DNA of 64,000 bases from the NCBI GenBank assembly GCA_963798485.1, contig CAWCTR010000014.1, positions 352,001 to 416,000 of the forward strand, read 5' to 3'. Position 1 is the first letter of the stretch; each line of letters opens with the position of its first letter. Below, one piece after another: positions 51,743 to 61,909 of this stretch. Position numbers and translations under genes: made by a program. The notes under the pieces were generated by a model that searched no databases, had not been told where the DNA came from, and was given only the letters and a program-made list of their open reading frames with translations. This stretch comes from an uncultured delta proteobacterium. GTDB lineage: Bacteria; Desulfobacterota; Desulfomonilia; UBA1062.

Positions 51743-51772
51743 GGGACGGGGCAAACCCCGTCCCCTACTTTT
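51743..51772 (+). terminator. Intrinsic terminator
   Basis: GGGACGGG-GCAAA-CCCCGTCCC followed by a T tract. Confidence 0.7.
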
Positions 51773-51883
51773 ATAAATGGAAACATCCTCTTTCTTTATT
51801 ATTTATTTCGTATCATATAAGAATATTATGGATTGTTATGCCTTCTCACGTAAGAAAGGCAACTTTTGAGAAAGGAGTGATAA

Positions 51884-52528
51884 ATGAAAGACGGGTATTG
51901 GCTGGTTGGGTTTCAATATGAGTTGACCGGGAATCTGTATAGTCTGGGGAGGATACCCAAGTGCAAATCCGCGATGCTCAAACATGTTAAACCGGGTGAC
52001 AAGGTGCTCGTCGCCGGGGTGGGGCATGGAACGGAGGCTGTGGAGGCAAGCAAGCTGGGTGCTCATGTGACGGCTGTCGACCTGTCGGAGACCATGCTCA
52101 ATCAATTCCGCAAGCGCATCGCAAAGGAGAATCCCGGTAACGAGATCCGTGTTATCCATGACGACATCTTCAATATCAAGGATATCGGACAGTATGACAT
52201 GGTTATTGCGAACTTCTTCCTGAATGTCTTTTCCGAAACAAGGGTAGTCGAGGTAGCGAACCATCTTGGAACACTGGTTAAGCCTGGCGGATATTTTGTT
52301 GTGGGAGAATTCGTCCTGCCGGAGAAAACCGGATGGAAGGGAATCGTTCAGAGGCTTAACTGGTATTTTGCCATATCGTTCTACAGCGCAACCACCGAGG
52401 CAGTCTTCCATCCCGTGTGGAATTACGCTGGCCTTGTGGAAGGCTCAGGCTGCAAAATTCAGGAGATCGAATACTTCACAATATGCAACGTAAACCTGTA
52501 CTGGTCGATCTTGGGGAAAAAAAGCTGA
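51884..52528 (+). CDS. Class I SAM-dependent methyltransferase
   Basis: VLVAGVGHG, VDLS, LVKPGG. Confidence 0.85.
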   Translation: MKDGYWLVGFQYELTGNLYSLGRIPKCKSAMLKHVKPGDKVLVAGVGHGTEAVEASKLGAHVTAVDLSETMLNQFRKRIAKENPGNEIRVIHDDIFNIKDIGQYDMVIANFFLNVFSETRVVEVANHLGTLVKPGGYFVVGEFVLPEKTGWKGIVQRLNWYFAISFYSATTEAVFHPVWNYAGLVEGSGCKIQEIEYFTICNVNLYWSILGKKS

Positions 52529-52652
52529 CAAAAGATTGTTACTGCTTTTTAAGGAAACCCGCCCGGGTAGCAGCGTGTGGGTATATTGTCGGCCGCGGCT
52601 GCAAAGCACACATTCATGATGGAGGATTCGAGCAGGTTGCTCTAAGTTATAC

Positions 52653-53717
52653 TCACTTTGGTGCCCTCGATTCGAGATCCAGCAGGAACCTTTTCCGCCA
52701 TAGTCCTCCGCCATATCCTACCAGCTTACCATCCTTGCCGATAACGCGGTGGCATGGGATGATGATTGCAATCCTGTTGTCGCCGTTGGCCTGAGCAACA
52801 GCCCGGACAGCCTTGGGCTTGCCCAGCAATTCGGCCTGTTCCTGGTATGAACGGGTTTCACCGTAAGGGATAGTCTGTAGGGCCTTCCATACTTCCTGCT
52901 GGAAAGGTGTGCCCTGCATAGTCAGGGGAAGACTGAATTCCCTTCTCTTCCCGGCAAAGTACTCTTGAACCTGTTGATGAAGCGCTTCAAGCTGTCTGTT
53001 GGAGCCGGGGACCAATTCCGCACGCAGCATTCTTTTCAACCTCGATAACTGCTTCTCCAGCATCTTAGAGTCAATGAATTCCAGCAGACAGACCCCGGCA
53101 TCTGTGGCCCCTGCCAGCATGGGGCCCAATGGGGTAAGGATTCTTGTTATTGTAATGAGTTGATTATGCTTACTTGAATTAGGTGAAAACCCTGTGGTCT
53201 TTTTGAACGACTCGGTAAACCCACCCAGCGATTCAAAGCCGGATTCGAATGCCGCATCGATGACCTTCCCGCCATACTGAATCCTCCCGAACGCCTGGCC
53301 TATCCGTAATGTGCGCACATATGCCTGGAAGGTCATCCTGTGATGCTTCTGAAACCACCGCCGGGCACGGTTCGGATCGACGCCGCGTTGTTTTAGATCA
53401 TGATCTCTTAATCTGATCCCCGGGGTAGAATCGATCTCATCGAGAAGAGGCCTCAACCAGTCAGGAACCTCCCCTTTATAACCCAACGGGTTACATATCT
53501 TACAGGGCCGGTACCCGTTCATGAGGGCCTCTCGGGCCGACGGAAAGAATTCCACATTCTCCTGTCTCGGCTTCCGTGCAGTACAGGTTGCACGGCAGAA
53601 TATGCCGGTAGTCTTCACCCCGGCCACAAAGATGCCTTCAAAGGTGCTGTCTTTCTGCAGCAATGCATTATAGAGGGTCTCATCATCAGGCAAAGAATGT
53701 ATCATACCGTCTCCCAT
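52653..53717 (-). CDS. ada: Bifunctional Ada regulator / O6-methylguanine methyltransferase
   Basis: FCRATC...RPCKIC zinc site, AraC HTH, IPCHRV; start uncertain. Confidence 0.93.
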   Translation of the reverse strand: MGDGMIHSLPDDETLYNALLQKDSTFEGIFVAGVKTTGIFCRATCTARKPRQENVEFFPSAREALMNGYRPCKICNPLGYKGEVPDWLRPLLDEIDSTPGIRLRDHDLKQRGVDPNRARRWFQKHHRMTFQAYVRTLRIGQAFGRIQYGGKVIDAAFESGFESLGGFTESFKKTTGFSPNSSKHNQLITITRILTPLGPMLAGATDAGVCLLEFIDSKMLEKQLSRLKRMLRAELVPGSNRQLEALHQQVQEYFAGKRREFSLPLTMQGTPFQQEVWKALQTIPYGETRSYQEQAELLGKPKAVRAVAQANGDNRIAIIIPCHRVIGKDGKLVGYGGGLWRKRFLLDLESRAPK

Positions 53718-53895
53718 TGTTCGTGTTATCGGATTGGGCCGCTTACAAGCATCTTCCATAATTGTCTTCATAAATTAGTGTTTGAACAACAGGCAACCGG
53801 AAATTTAACAACCATTTTTCTGACATTCATACAAAAATAGAATATACTGGGGTGCGCCAAAGAAATTTGTTTCATGGGTATTATGAAAGGAAAGT

Positions 53896-54924
53896 ATGGG
53901 TTTTGAATATATTCAAGAGATACCAAGGCCTCGTGATATTCTTGCAGCCATGCCGCTTGACCGTCAACTCACCGATATAAAGAAAAAACAGGACCTGAAA
54001 ATAAAGACGGTTTTTACAAAGGAGAGCAGCAAGTTTCTGCTGATTATCGGCCCTTGTTCCGCCCATGATGAAACCGCGGTGTGTGACTACATCGGCCGCC
54101 TGGCAAGCGTCCAGGAAAAGGTGAAGGATCGGATCATCATCATTCCACGGATCTACACGAATAAGCCGCGCACCACCGGTGTCGGTTATAAGGGCATGGT
54201 GCATCAGCCAAACCCTCAGGAGAAACCGAACATGGCCGAAGGCATCAAGTCCATCCGTAAGATGCATATCAGGGCACTCCGCGAGTCGCACCTGCCTGCT
54301 GCCGACGAGATGCTCTACCCTGGAAACTACACCTACTTGGAGGACCTTTTAAGTTACGTGGCAGTCGGGGCCAGGTCGGTGGAGAACCAGGAACACCGGC
54401 TCACCTGCAGTGGCCTTGACGTCCCTGTGGGCATGAAGAATCCGACCTCCGGCGACGTTGAAGTGCTCCTGAATTCCATCCAGGCCTCACAGGCACCGCA
54501 CATTTTCATCTACAACAGGTGGGAAGTTAAGACATCGGGAAACCCCCTCACCCACGCCGTCCTGAGGGGTGCGGTAAATCACCACGGCCTGGCCGAGCCT
54601 AATTACCATTATGAAGATCTCTCCATTTTCGCCGAGACCTACCTCAAGCGCGGCCTCGTCAATCCAACGATCCTCGTGGATACGAACCACGCCAACTCCG
54701 ACAAGAGATTCGCCGAGCAGCCACGCATTGCCAGGGAGGTTATGCAGAGCAGGCAGCATTCCTTGATGCTCAAAGATATGATCCGAGGCTTGATGATTGA
54801 AAGTTTTATCGAGGAAGGATCTCAGTCACCAAAGGGGAACGTGTACGGTAAATCCATTACCGATCCATGCCTGGGATGGAAAGATTCGGAAAGACTTATC
54901 CTTGAGTTGGCAGAAATGGTTTGA
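53896..54924 (+). CDS. aroF: DAHP synthase, class I
   Basis: GPCS, KPRTT, VGARS, GMKN, SITDPC. Confidence 0.88.
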   Translation: MGFEYIQEIPRPRDILAAMPLDRQLTDIKKKQDLKIKTVFTKESSKFLLIIGPCSAHDETAVCDYIGRLASVQEKVKDRIIIIPRIYTNKPRTTGVGYKGMVHQPNPQEKPNMAEGIKSIRKMHIRALRESHLPAADEMLYPGNYTYLEDLLSYVAVGARSVENQEHRLTCSGLDVPVGMKNPTSGDVEVLLNSIQASQAPHIFIYNRWEVKTSGNPLTHAVLRGAVNHHGLAEPNYHYEDLSIFAETYLKRGLVNPTILVDTNHANSDKRFAEQPRIAREVMQSRQHSLMLKDMIRGLMIESFIEEGSQSPKGNVYGKSITDPCLGWKDSERLILELAEMV

Positions 54925-55024
54925 TTCTTCTTTACAGGTAAAACCTTGCAAGTAATCGAAAAAAGTCATAGGTGAATGGATAGTCTTTTACAACATCAGG
55001 CAAGGATTCAAAGGAGAGATACGA

Positions 55025-55942
55025 ATGAGTGTATTGGATGCAATAGGAAATACACCTCTCGTGGAGGTAAAAAATATCTGGGATTCCGCCAAGACAGGTG
55101 TGCGGATCATGGCCAAGCTTGAAGGCTCCAATCCGGGCGGCTCAGTCAAAGACCGGCCGGCGCTCTACATGCTCAAGGATGCCGTTGCTTCAGGGAAGCT
55201 GACACCCGGCAAGGTGATCCTCGAACCAACCTCCGGAAACACGGGCATAGGAATGGCAATGGTGGCGGCGGCCATGGGATTCAAGATCAAACTTACTATG
55301 CCCACCTGCGTAAGTACCGAACGCAGGGCCGTTCTCCAGGCCCTCGGGGCGGAACTCGAACTGACCCCCGGATGTGATAAAACCGACGGCGCCATCAACC
55401 GGGCGCATCATATACTGGATCGTGAAGGCGACCACTTCTTCATGCCCAACCAGTTTGATAACCCCCAGAACTTTCTGGCTCACTACCATACCACCGGGCC
55501 GGAAATCTATGAACAGACTCACGGCGAGGTCGATGCCTTTGTCGCCGGTATGGGCACAACCGGCACCCTTATGGGGTGCTCCATGTTCCTCAAGGAAAAG
55601 AAGCCACGGGTTACGATCATAGGTGTTGAACCTACGCTGGATCACCGCATCCAGGGCTTGAAGAACATGCAGGAGGCCATTGTGCCCAAGATATACGACC
55701 CGTCGCGGCTTGATCAGAAGATCGTCTGCTCCGATGAGGACTCGTTCGAGACGACACGAGACCTTTCCATTCAGGAAGGTTTATTTTGCGGTCTCAGTTC
55801 GGGAGCGGCCATGTGGGGTGCACTCCAGGTTGCGCGCGACCTTCCGCGCGGGTCGACCGTGGTGGTCATTTTCCCCGACCGGGGTGACCGTTACCTTTCC
55901 ACCGAGGTCTTCCGCTCTTTCTGTGCCCAGTGCCCGCCATGA
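55025..55942 (+). CDS. cysM: Cysteine synthase family PLP enzyme
   Basis: NPGGSVKDR, TSGNTG, GTTGT, DRGDRYLS. Confidence 0.85.
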   Translation: MSVLDAIGNTPLVEVKNIWDSAKTGVRIMAKLEGSNPGGSVKDRPALYMLKDAVASGKLTPGKVILEPTSGNTGIGMAMVAAAMGFKIKLTMPTCVSTERRAVLQALGAELELTPGCDKTDGAINRAHHILDREGDHFFMPNQFDNPQNFLAHYHTTGPEIYEQTHGEVDAFVAGMGTTGTLMGCSMFLKEKKPRVTIIGVEPTLDHRIQGLKNMQEAIVPKIYDPSRLDQKIVCSDEDSFETTRDLSIQEGLFCGLSSGAAMWGALQVARDLPRGSTVVVIFPDRGDRYLSTEVFRSFCAQCPP

Positions 55943-55975
55943 TCTAAGATTCTGATGTCCCCCTTTTCCCTATCA

Positions 55976-56662
55976 TCACGAAAACGCACTTAAGTAGCGA
56001 TAGACGGTCCAGTAGTGGGCAAAAGTCCCGAGCATGACAAAGACATGAAAGATCTCATGGAAGCCAAAACGTGGGATTGGGTTCGGCCTCTTCAGGGCAT
56101 AGATGATACCACCGATGGTGTAGAGCACGCCTCCTGCAAAAAGCCAGAAGAGTGCACCTGTCTGCAGGGTTCGAACCAGCGGGCCGATCCCTACAATGGC
56201 GATCCACCCCATGAGAATATACACCACGGACGTCAACCACCGGGGTGCATTTATCCAGAAGATTTTGAACACGATACCGAAAATGGCCACGGCCCAGACC
56301 GTCCCAAAGATGCTCCATCCCCAGGCACCCCGTAGCGGGATGAGACAGAAGGGCGTATAGGTTGCAGCTATAAGCACGAAGATCATCATGTGGTCGATCT
56401 TCCTGAGCTGGGCCGTTCCCTCACTCGAGAGCGGCAACCAGTGGTAGAGTGTGCTCGCCGTATAGAGAAGGATCATGCCGACACCAAAGACGCAGTATGT
56501 GGTGAGATGCCAGGGCTTAAGCGGATTGGACGCCTTGATGATGAGGGCAACAAGCCCTGCCACGGCAAGCAAGGCACCAATAAAGTGCGTGAGCCCGCTC
56601 ACCGGATCACGTAAGCCCTGAATCAACCGTGCAATGCCTTTGTCATTCTTCATGGATGCCAT
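55976..56662 (-). CDS. Hemolysin III/PAQR membrane protein
   Basis: STLYH, DHMMIF, YTPF, HEIFH. Confidence 0.9.
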   Translation of the reverse strand: MASMKNDKGIARLIQGLRDPVSGLTHFIGALLAVAGLVALIIKASNPLKPWHLTTYCVFGVGMILLYTASTLYHWLPLSSEGTAQLRKIDHMMIFVLIAATYTPFCLIPLRGAWGWSIFGTVWAVAIFGIVFKIFWINAPRWLTSVVYILMGWIAIVGIGPLVRTLQTGALFWLFAGGVLYTIGGIIYALKRPNPIPRFGFHEIFHVFVMLGTFAHYWTVYRYLSAFS

Positions 56663-56785
56663 CCCGCCTCATTTAATGCAAATAACTGAATAATATCATC
56701 TACCACGGATATGGGTACGGGCATGTGAAATAACTTCAAATGAAATGTAATTCTTTTGTTAAACCATTAGGTTGAAGCAATGTGA

Positions 56786-56814
56786 TTGACGATATCTGCA
56801 TACAGCTGTAGACT
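56786..56814 (+). promoter_or_regulatory. Sigma70 promoter TTGACG-17-TAGACT for the thi operon
   Basis: Canonical spacing directly before the riboswitch. Confidence 0.6.
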
Positions 56815-56821
56815 AAGATCA

Positions 56822-56897
56822 ATGTGGGGTGGTTCCATAAAGGGGCCTGAGATTATACCCGTTGAACCTGATCTGGGTAATGCCAGCGTAGGGAGTC
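56822..56897 (+). ncRNA. TPP riboswitch
   Basis: GGGGTG...CTGAGA..ATACCCGTTGAACCTGATCTGGGTAATGCCAGCGTAGGGA upstream of thiM. Confidence 0.95.
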
Positions 56898-56964
56898 AAT
56901 ATTAATAATCAGTCTCCCCAAAACCATCCCCTCATAATTTAAAAGAAATAAGGGGTGTGGATGT

Positions 56965-57756
56965 ATGGATGTGTATTCCTTTCTTGAAGCTGTCCGCGAG
57001 AAGAACCCTGTGGTTCACCATCTTACGAACTGGGTCACCATCTACGACTGCGCACAAGTGGTCAAATCATTCGGCGCCTCCCCGGTTATGGCACATGCCG
57101 CCGAAGAGGTTGCGGATATGACAGGCCTGGCATCGGCCCTGGTGCTGAACATCGGCACACTCACAACCGATTTCATCGAGAGCATGAAGATTGCAGCTCG
57201 TGCGGCAAATACCAGGAACATACCGGTGGTGCTGGATGTATGCGGTGCCGGTGCGACCCCCTTCAGGGACAGAAAATGCCTTGAACTGCTCGATGATGCG
57301 CACATCAGCATCATTAAAGGGAACAGTTCGGAAATCGCACGGATCGCGGGTCTGGACGTATGTACCAGGGGGGTTGACGCCGGGCATGTGGGGTCTGATC
57401 TAAAAGGGATTGCTGCAGAACTTGCCGCATTAAGGCAATGCACCGTGGTGATCACCGGCAAGGAGGATATCGTTGCAGATGCACAGAGCGCATATATTGT
57501 CCGCAACGGTGTCGACATGATGTCCCACGTGGTAGGCACCGGATGCATGGCTGCATCCGTCATCGGCACCTTTGTCGGTGCAACGCCTGACGACATAACA
57601 TCGGCTGCTGCCGCAGGTCTTTGCTGCTATGAAATCGCCTCGGAACTGGCAGTGAAAAGAGCCCTCGGGCCTGCCTCGTTCAAGCAATGCCTCCTCGATA
57701 CTATCTTTACTTTGACAAAAGATGACATTGTTTCCATGCAAAAGGTCGGGCAATGA
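56965..57756 (+). CDS. thiM: Hydroxyethylthiazole kinase
   Basis: HHLTNWV, GASPVMA, NIGT, GTGC. Confidence 0.93.
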   Translation: MDVYSFLEAVREKNPVVHHLTNWVTIYDCAQVVKSFGASPVMAHAAEEVADMTGLASALVLNIGTLTTDFIESMKIAARAANTRNIPVVLDVCGAGATPFRDRKCLELLDDAHISIIKGNSSEIARIAGLDVCTRGVDAGHVGSDLKGIAAELAALRQCTVVITGKEDIVADAQSAYIVRNGVDMMSHVVGTGCMAASVIGTFVGATPDDITSAAAAGLCCYEIASELAVKRALGPASFKQCLLDTIFTLTKDDIVSMQKVGQ

Positions 57757-58364
57757 GAGGTTATTACTTCATCACCGACCCTGGCTTGAGCGCCGCAGGT
57801 TTGAAGAGAGACGTGGAAATGGCCGTAGCCTGTAGCGTGGGAATCATACAGTACCGCAACAAAGAAGCAGCTATACGAACCCTCTATGACGAGGCCCTTC
57901 TTGTGAAGAACATCTGCATGGGAACCTCCACCCGGCTCATCATCAACGACCGTATCGATATCGCACTGGCTGTGGGTGCCGACGGTGTCCATATCGGCCA
58001 GGACGACATGCCTTATCACGTTGCCCGCAGGCTCCTGGGAAAGGATAAGATCATCGGGATGACCGTGCATACCCTTGAGGAGGCAAAGGCCGCCCAGGCC
58101 CTGGGTGCAGACTACCTGGGGGTGAGCCCCATCTTTCCTACCGCCACCAAGCTGGACGCAGGCAAACCTTATGGTGTAGAAGGATTGAGGGCGATCCGGC
58201 ATGCCTGCAGTACGCCCATTGTGGCCATCGGGGGCATAGACCTTTCGAACATTAGACTGGTCATCGAGGCAGGTGCGGATATGGCCTGCGCCATATCCGC
58301 CGTAGTGACAAAATCGGATATGACAGCAGAAATTCTTAAGTTCCAAAAGGAGTTCGGATTATGA
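57753..58364 (+). CDS. thiE: Thiamine-phosphate synthase
   Basis: QYRNK, IINDR, GVHIGQDD, AIGGI. Confidence 0.95.
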   Translation: MRGYYFITDPGLSAAGLKRDVEMAVACSVGIIQYRNKEAAIRTLYDEALLVKNICMGTSTRLIINDRIDIALAVGADGVHIGQDDMPYHVARRLLGKDKIIGMTVHTLEEAKAAQALGADYLGVSPIFPTATKLDAGKPYGVEGLRAIRHACSTPIVAIGGIDLSNIRLVIEAGADMACAISAVVTKSDMTAEILKFQKEFGL

Positions 58365-59632
58365 CACAGCTTGAATATGCAAAAAAAGGACAACTCTCTG
58401 AAGAGATAATCGCGGTAGCGGACCATGAGCCCTTGAGCGCAGAAGAGATTTGCGCGAATATCGCATCAGGCAATACCGTGATCCTCAAGAGCGCGCTCCA
58501 CGAGTGCATACCGGTGGCCATCGGCAAGGGCCTGAAGATAAAGATAAACGCCAATATCGGGACATCGGGCTTTAATGCCGACCCGGAACAGGAACTGGAA
58601 AAGCTCGCAGCATCAATAAAGTACGGCGCCGACACGGTCATGGACCTGTCCACAGGCGGTGATATTCATGCCATGCGGCGCATGATCATCAGTGCGTCAA
58701 AGGTCCCGGTGGGCACGGTGCCCGTGTATGAGGCCATCGTGCGCTGCCCGGATGTGGCCTTGCTTACCGAAGATGATTTCATGGATTCCATCCGGATGCA
58801 CATCGCCGACGGTGTTGACTTCATCACCGTACACTGCGGCGTAACCCGTAAATGCATCCCACTGCTCGAGTCCCGTATCATGGGCGTGGTATCTAGGGGC
58901 GGGAGTTTCCTCATCAAGTGGATGCTCCACCATAAAAAAGAGAACCCTCTCTATACCCGCTATGACGAGATCCTCGACATGGCGAAGGAGCATGATGTGG
59001 TTTTAAGCCTGGGTGACGGGCTTCGACCCGGCTGCCTTGCCGATGCCACGGACAAGGCCCAGATCAAAGAGCTCAAGACGCTTGGTGAACTGGCCGCCAG
59101 GGCACAGGAAAAAAATGTGCAGGCCATGATCGAAGGCCCGGGGCATGTACCCCTGCACATGATAAAAAAGAACATGGACCTGCAGAAAAAGTACTGCAAA
59201 GGCGCTCCGTTTTATGTGCTGGGCCCGCTGGTGACCGACTGCTCGCCCGGGTACGATCACCTCACCGGCGCCATCGGTGGGGCACTGGCGGCCTGTTACG
59301 GGGCTGACTTCCTTTGCTACCTCACCCCCAAAGAGCACCTTGGGCTGCCTGATCTGAACGACGTCATCGATGGGGTCATTGCATCCAAGATCGCTGCACA
59401 TGCAGCGGATATCGCACGCGGTATACCGGGCGCTCGGGACCGGGACGACGCCATGTCGAAGGCCCGGAGCAACCTTGACTGGGAGGGGATGTACGATATC
59501 TCGTTCAATCCGGAAAAGGCCCGTGCCATCAGGAAGGAGACAGGCAAGGATGGAGCTGAGGTCTGCACCATGTGCGGCGATTTCTGCTCGGCAAAGATCA
59601 ATAAGGAATGCAGGGGGCTTTACCACAAATGA
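58361..59632 (+). CDS. thiC: Phosphomethylpyrimidine synthase (short form)
   Basis: NANIGTS, SRGGS, EGPGH, CTMCGDFC. Confidence 0.92.
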   Translation: MTQLEYAKKGQLSEEIIAVADHEPLSAEEICANIASGNTVILKSALHECIPVAIGKGLKIKINANIGTSGFNADPEQELEKLAASIKYGADTVMDLSTGGDIHAMRRMIISASKVPVGTVPVYEAIVRCPDVALLTEDDFMDSIRMHIADGVDFITVHCGVTRKCIPLLESRIMGVVSRGGSFLIKWMLHHKKENPLYTRYDEILDMAKEHDVVLSLGDGLRPGCLADATDKAQIKELKTLGELAARAQEKNVQAMIEGPGHVPLHMIKKNMDLQKKYCKGAPFYVLGPLVTDCSPGYDHLTGAIGGALAACYGADFLCYLTPKEHLGLPDLNDVIDGVIASKIAAHAADIARGIPGARDRDDAMSKARSNLDWEGMYDISFNPEKARAIRKETGKDGAEVCTMCGDFCSAKINKECRGLYHK

Positions 59633-60594
59633 AGATATCCGAGATCGGTGGGGAATTCGCATTGATCAGGCGAGTCACCGGCATTTCGTATGATGACCCG
59701 GCCATTATCAAAGGGGTGGGAGATGATTGTGCAGTGCTGGAATATACCGCTGATAAATACCTCCTGGTAACTGTCGACATGATGGTGGAAAACGACCACT
59801 TCTCCCTTAACTGGCACACACCCGAGCAGGTAGGCAAAAAACTTATGGAGTCGAATGTGTCGGATATCATTGCCATGGGCGGGACACCGCGCTGGGCCTT
59901 TATATCGCTCGCATTGACACAGACTACCGATGTGGAGCTCATGGATGCATTCTATCGCGGCCTGTACGATTCGGCCAGGAAACACCATGTGGCCCTTGTG
60001 GGCGGCGATACCACCCACGGCCGTGACCTGGTGCTTAACCTGGCGCTTATCGGCGAGGTGGATAAGGGTTTTGTGCGCCTGCGTTCCCATGCCGTACCTG
60101 GCGACCTCATCTGCGTGACCGGCGATTTAGGAAGGAGCCAGGCGGGCCTGAAGCTCCTGTTAAACGGTAAAAGAGAAGGCTACCTCACTGGGTACCTGGA
60201 ACCGCAATGCAGGCTGGAATGGGAGGGCAAGGCCATTGCGCGACACGCCCATGCAATGATCGACGTAAGCGACGGGCTATCGAGCGAGGTGACGCACATC
60301 TGCGAGGAGAGCGGCACCGGTGCACGTATTGACTGGGAGAAGATCCCCCTTTCCAAGGATACCATCGATGCGGCACGGATACTATCCGGCGAACCCCATG
60401 AATACGCGCTGTACGGCGGCGAGGACTTTGAGCTGGTATTCACTATCCCCATGGGCAATATCCCTGCACTGCAAAAGGAATTTTCCGACTTCACCATTGT
60501 GGGCGAGATCCTGCCGAAAGAAAACGGGATCTCTATCATCAAGGATGGCGAGCAACAGGAAGTGAAAAAGGGATATGATCATTTTGCGGCCTAG
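59629..60594 (+). CDS. thiL: Thiamine-phosphate kinase
   Basis: GDDCA, SDIIAMGG, GGDT, DVSDGL, GGEDFEL. Confidence 0.93.
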   Translation: MKISEIGGEFALIRRVTGISYDDPAIIKGVGDDCAVLEYTADKYLLVTVDMMVENDHFSLNWHTPEQVGKKLMESNVSDIIAMGGTPRWAFISLALTQTTDVELMDAFYRGLYDSARKHHVALVGGDTTHGRDLVLNLALIGEVDKGFVRLRSHAVPGDLICVTGDLGRSQAGLKLLLNGKREGYLTGYLEPQCRLEWEGKAIARHAHAMIDVSDGLSSEVTHICEESGTGARIDWEKIPLSKDTIDAARILSGEPHEYALYGGEDFELVFTIPMGNIPALQKEFSDFTIVGEILPKENGISIIKDGEQQEVKKGYDHFAA

Positions 60595-60649
60595 ATACTT
60601 GGGGCTCAAGATATGTAATCATATAACCCGCTTGTGAAGTCCTAAAGTA

Positions 60650-61061
60650 TCACTCAGTGGGCTTAACACCTTGTTCCCCAATCCATGCAAGGACCCTGTC
60701 CTGTATCAGATCCCTGATCCGGCGGAATTTCATGAGCCTCTCTTCATTGGTCCCCACAAAGGCGGGAGGGTCTTCGAAATCCCAGGGGAGCCTCTGCCCT
60801 ACCCCCGGGAACACAGCAGGGCAGTTTGCATCTGCATGGCCGCACACCGTTACAAGGTATCCGAACAGGAGCTTGCCCATATATTCACTCAATGGTTTCG
60901 ATCGCTGCGTGCTCATGTCTATACCGATTTCTTCCATCACCTTCACGGTCAGGGGGTGTATGCCCTTGGGCTCAAGACCTGCGCTGTAGGCATCAAAACA
61001 TGCGACGCGTATTTTTTTAAAAAGGCTTCTGCCATCTGGCTCCGCGCTGAGTTCCCGGTAA
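60650..61061 (-). pseudogene. arsC: Thioredoxin-type arsenate reductase (LMWPc), 5'-truncated and frameshifted
   Basis: TGNSARSQMAE without the preceding catalytic Cys; frameshift near 61000; WDFEDP. Confidence 0.8.
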
Positions 61062-61463
61062 TGATGGTTTTCAACCCATCATACAAGATGATTGTTAGTT
61101 TTTTGTGAAGAGATGATTAATGAGCGTACAATATGTCCCCACGAATAAAGGCAGGAAATGTTCCATTATCTTGATCACAAGGTCACCCAGATATTTTTCG
61201 TCGGTACTTGTAAAGCCGCTTTATTCATCTCCAAGCAGTTTTGTAAGCTTCCTGCTGCTGGTAGTGATATGGGTTCCGTTGTTTGCAAGGCTGATGTTCG
61301 ATCGGAGAATAACCTATGACCGCAACCGAATTTTGACCCTAAAAATTTCACACAAAATTCATTGAACCTTAATAGAAAATTCACCTGACTGTGGGATTTA
61401 ATAAAGACCGACGAGGGCAGAGCATATTTATGTGAAAGCCTCGTTTGATTCAGAGTGGATGTT

Positions 61464-61622
61464 ATGCAGAGTGAAAACAAAGGGTCTGAAGAAAAGTACA
61501 AAAAGCTGATCGAACACCTGAAACGCCTTCAGGAGAAGAAATTCACCGGTTACATCAAGGTAAATTTTTCCCAGGGGAGTGTCGGCAGGATTGAACAGTT
61601 CGAAGAGGTTCTGAAGCATTAA
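61464..61622 (+). CDS. 52-aa basic protein (YezD/DUF2292-like)
   Basis: MQSENKGSEEKYKKLIEHLKRLQEKKFTGYIKVNFSQGSVGRIEQFEEVLKH; below the ORF-track cutoff. Confidence 0.6.
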   Translation: MQSENKGSEEKYKKLIEHLKRLQEKKFTGYIKVNFSQGSVGRIEQFEEVLKH

Positions 61623-61909
61623 GGGCATCGATCGAGATCTGAACCGTGTCTTCTCAGATTCGGCCTCTGCATGAACACTGCACCTTTTAGGATTATGCAT
61701 GTTCTTTGCCGGGCATGGTGGCATTTTTCTCAAGTCAAAGTCCCATGGGAATTAAGTCACCAGGATTCAACTAAGATCTGAGCTGTATGGGGCAGGAGTC
61801 ATCACCTCGTATGGCGGAGCTGTATGTCCAAGCAACCGACCCATGTAAATCATTGTGATGTCCACATGGAAAATACTACTAAGAATACTTCTTTAAAGGA
61901 GCGCGGCCC

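Noticed and set aside
51743-51765. GGCAAACC hairpin resembling a c-di-GMP-I riboswitch
   Set aside because: No second stem; its position after a stop codon with a T tract fits a terminator
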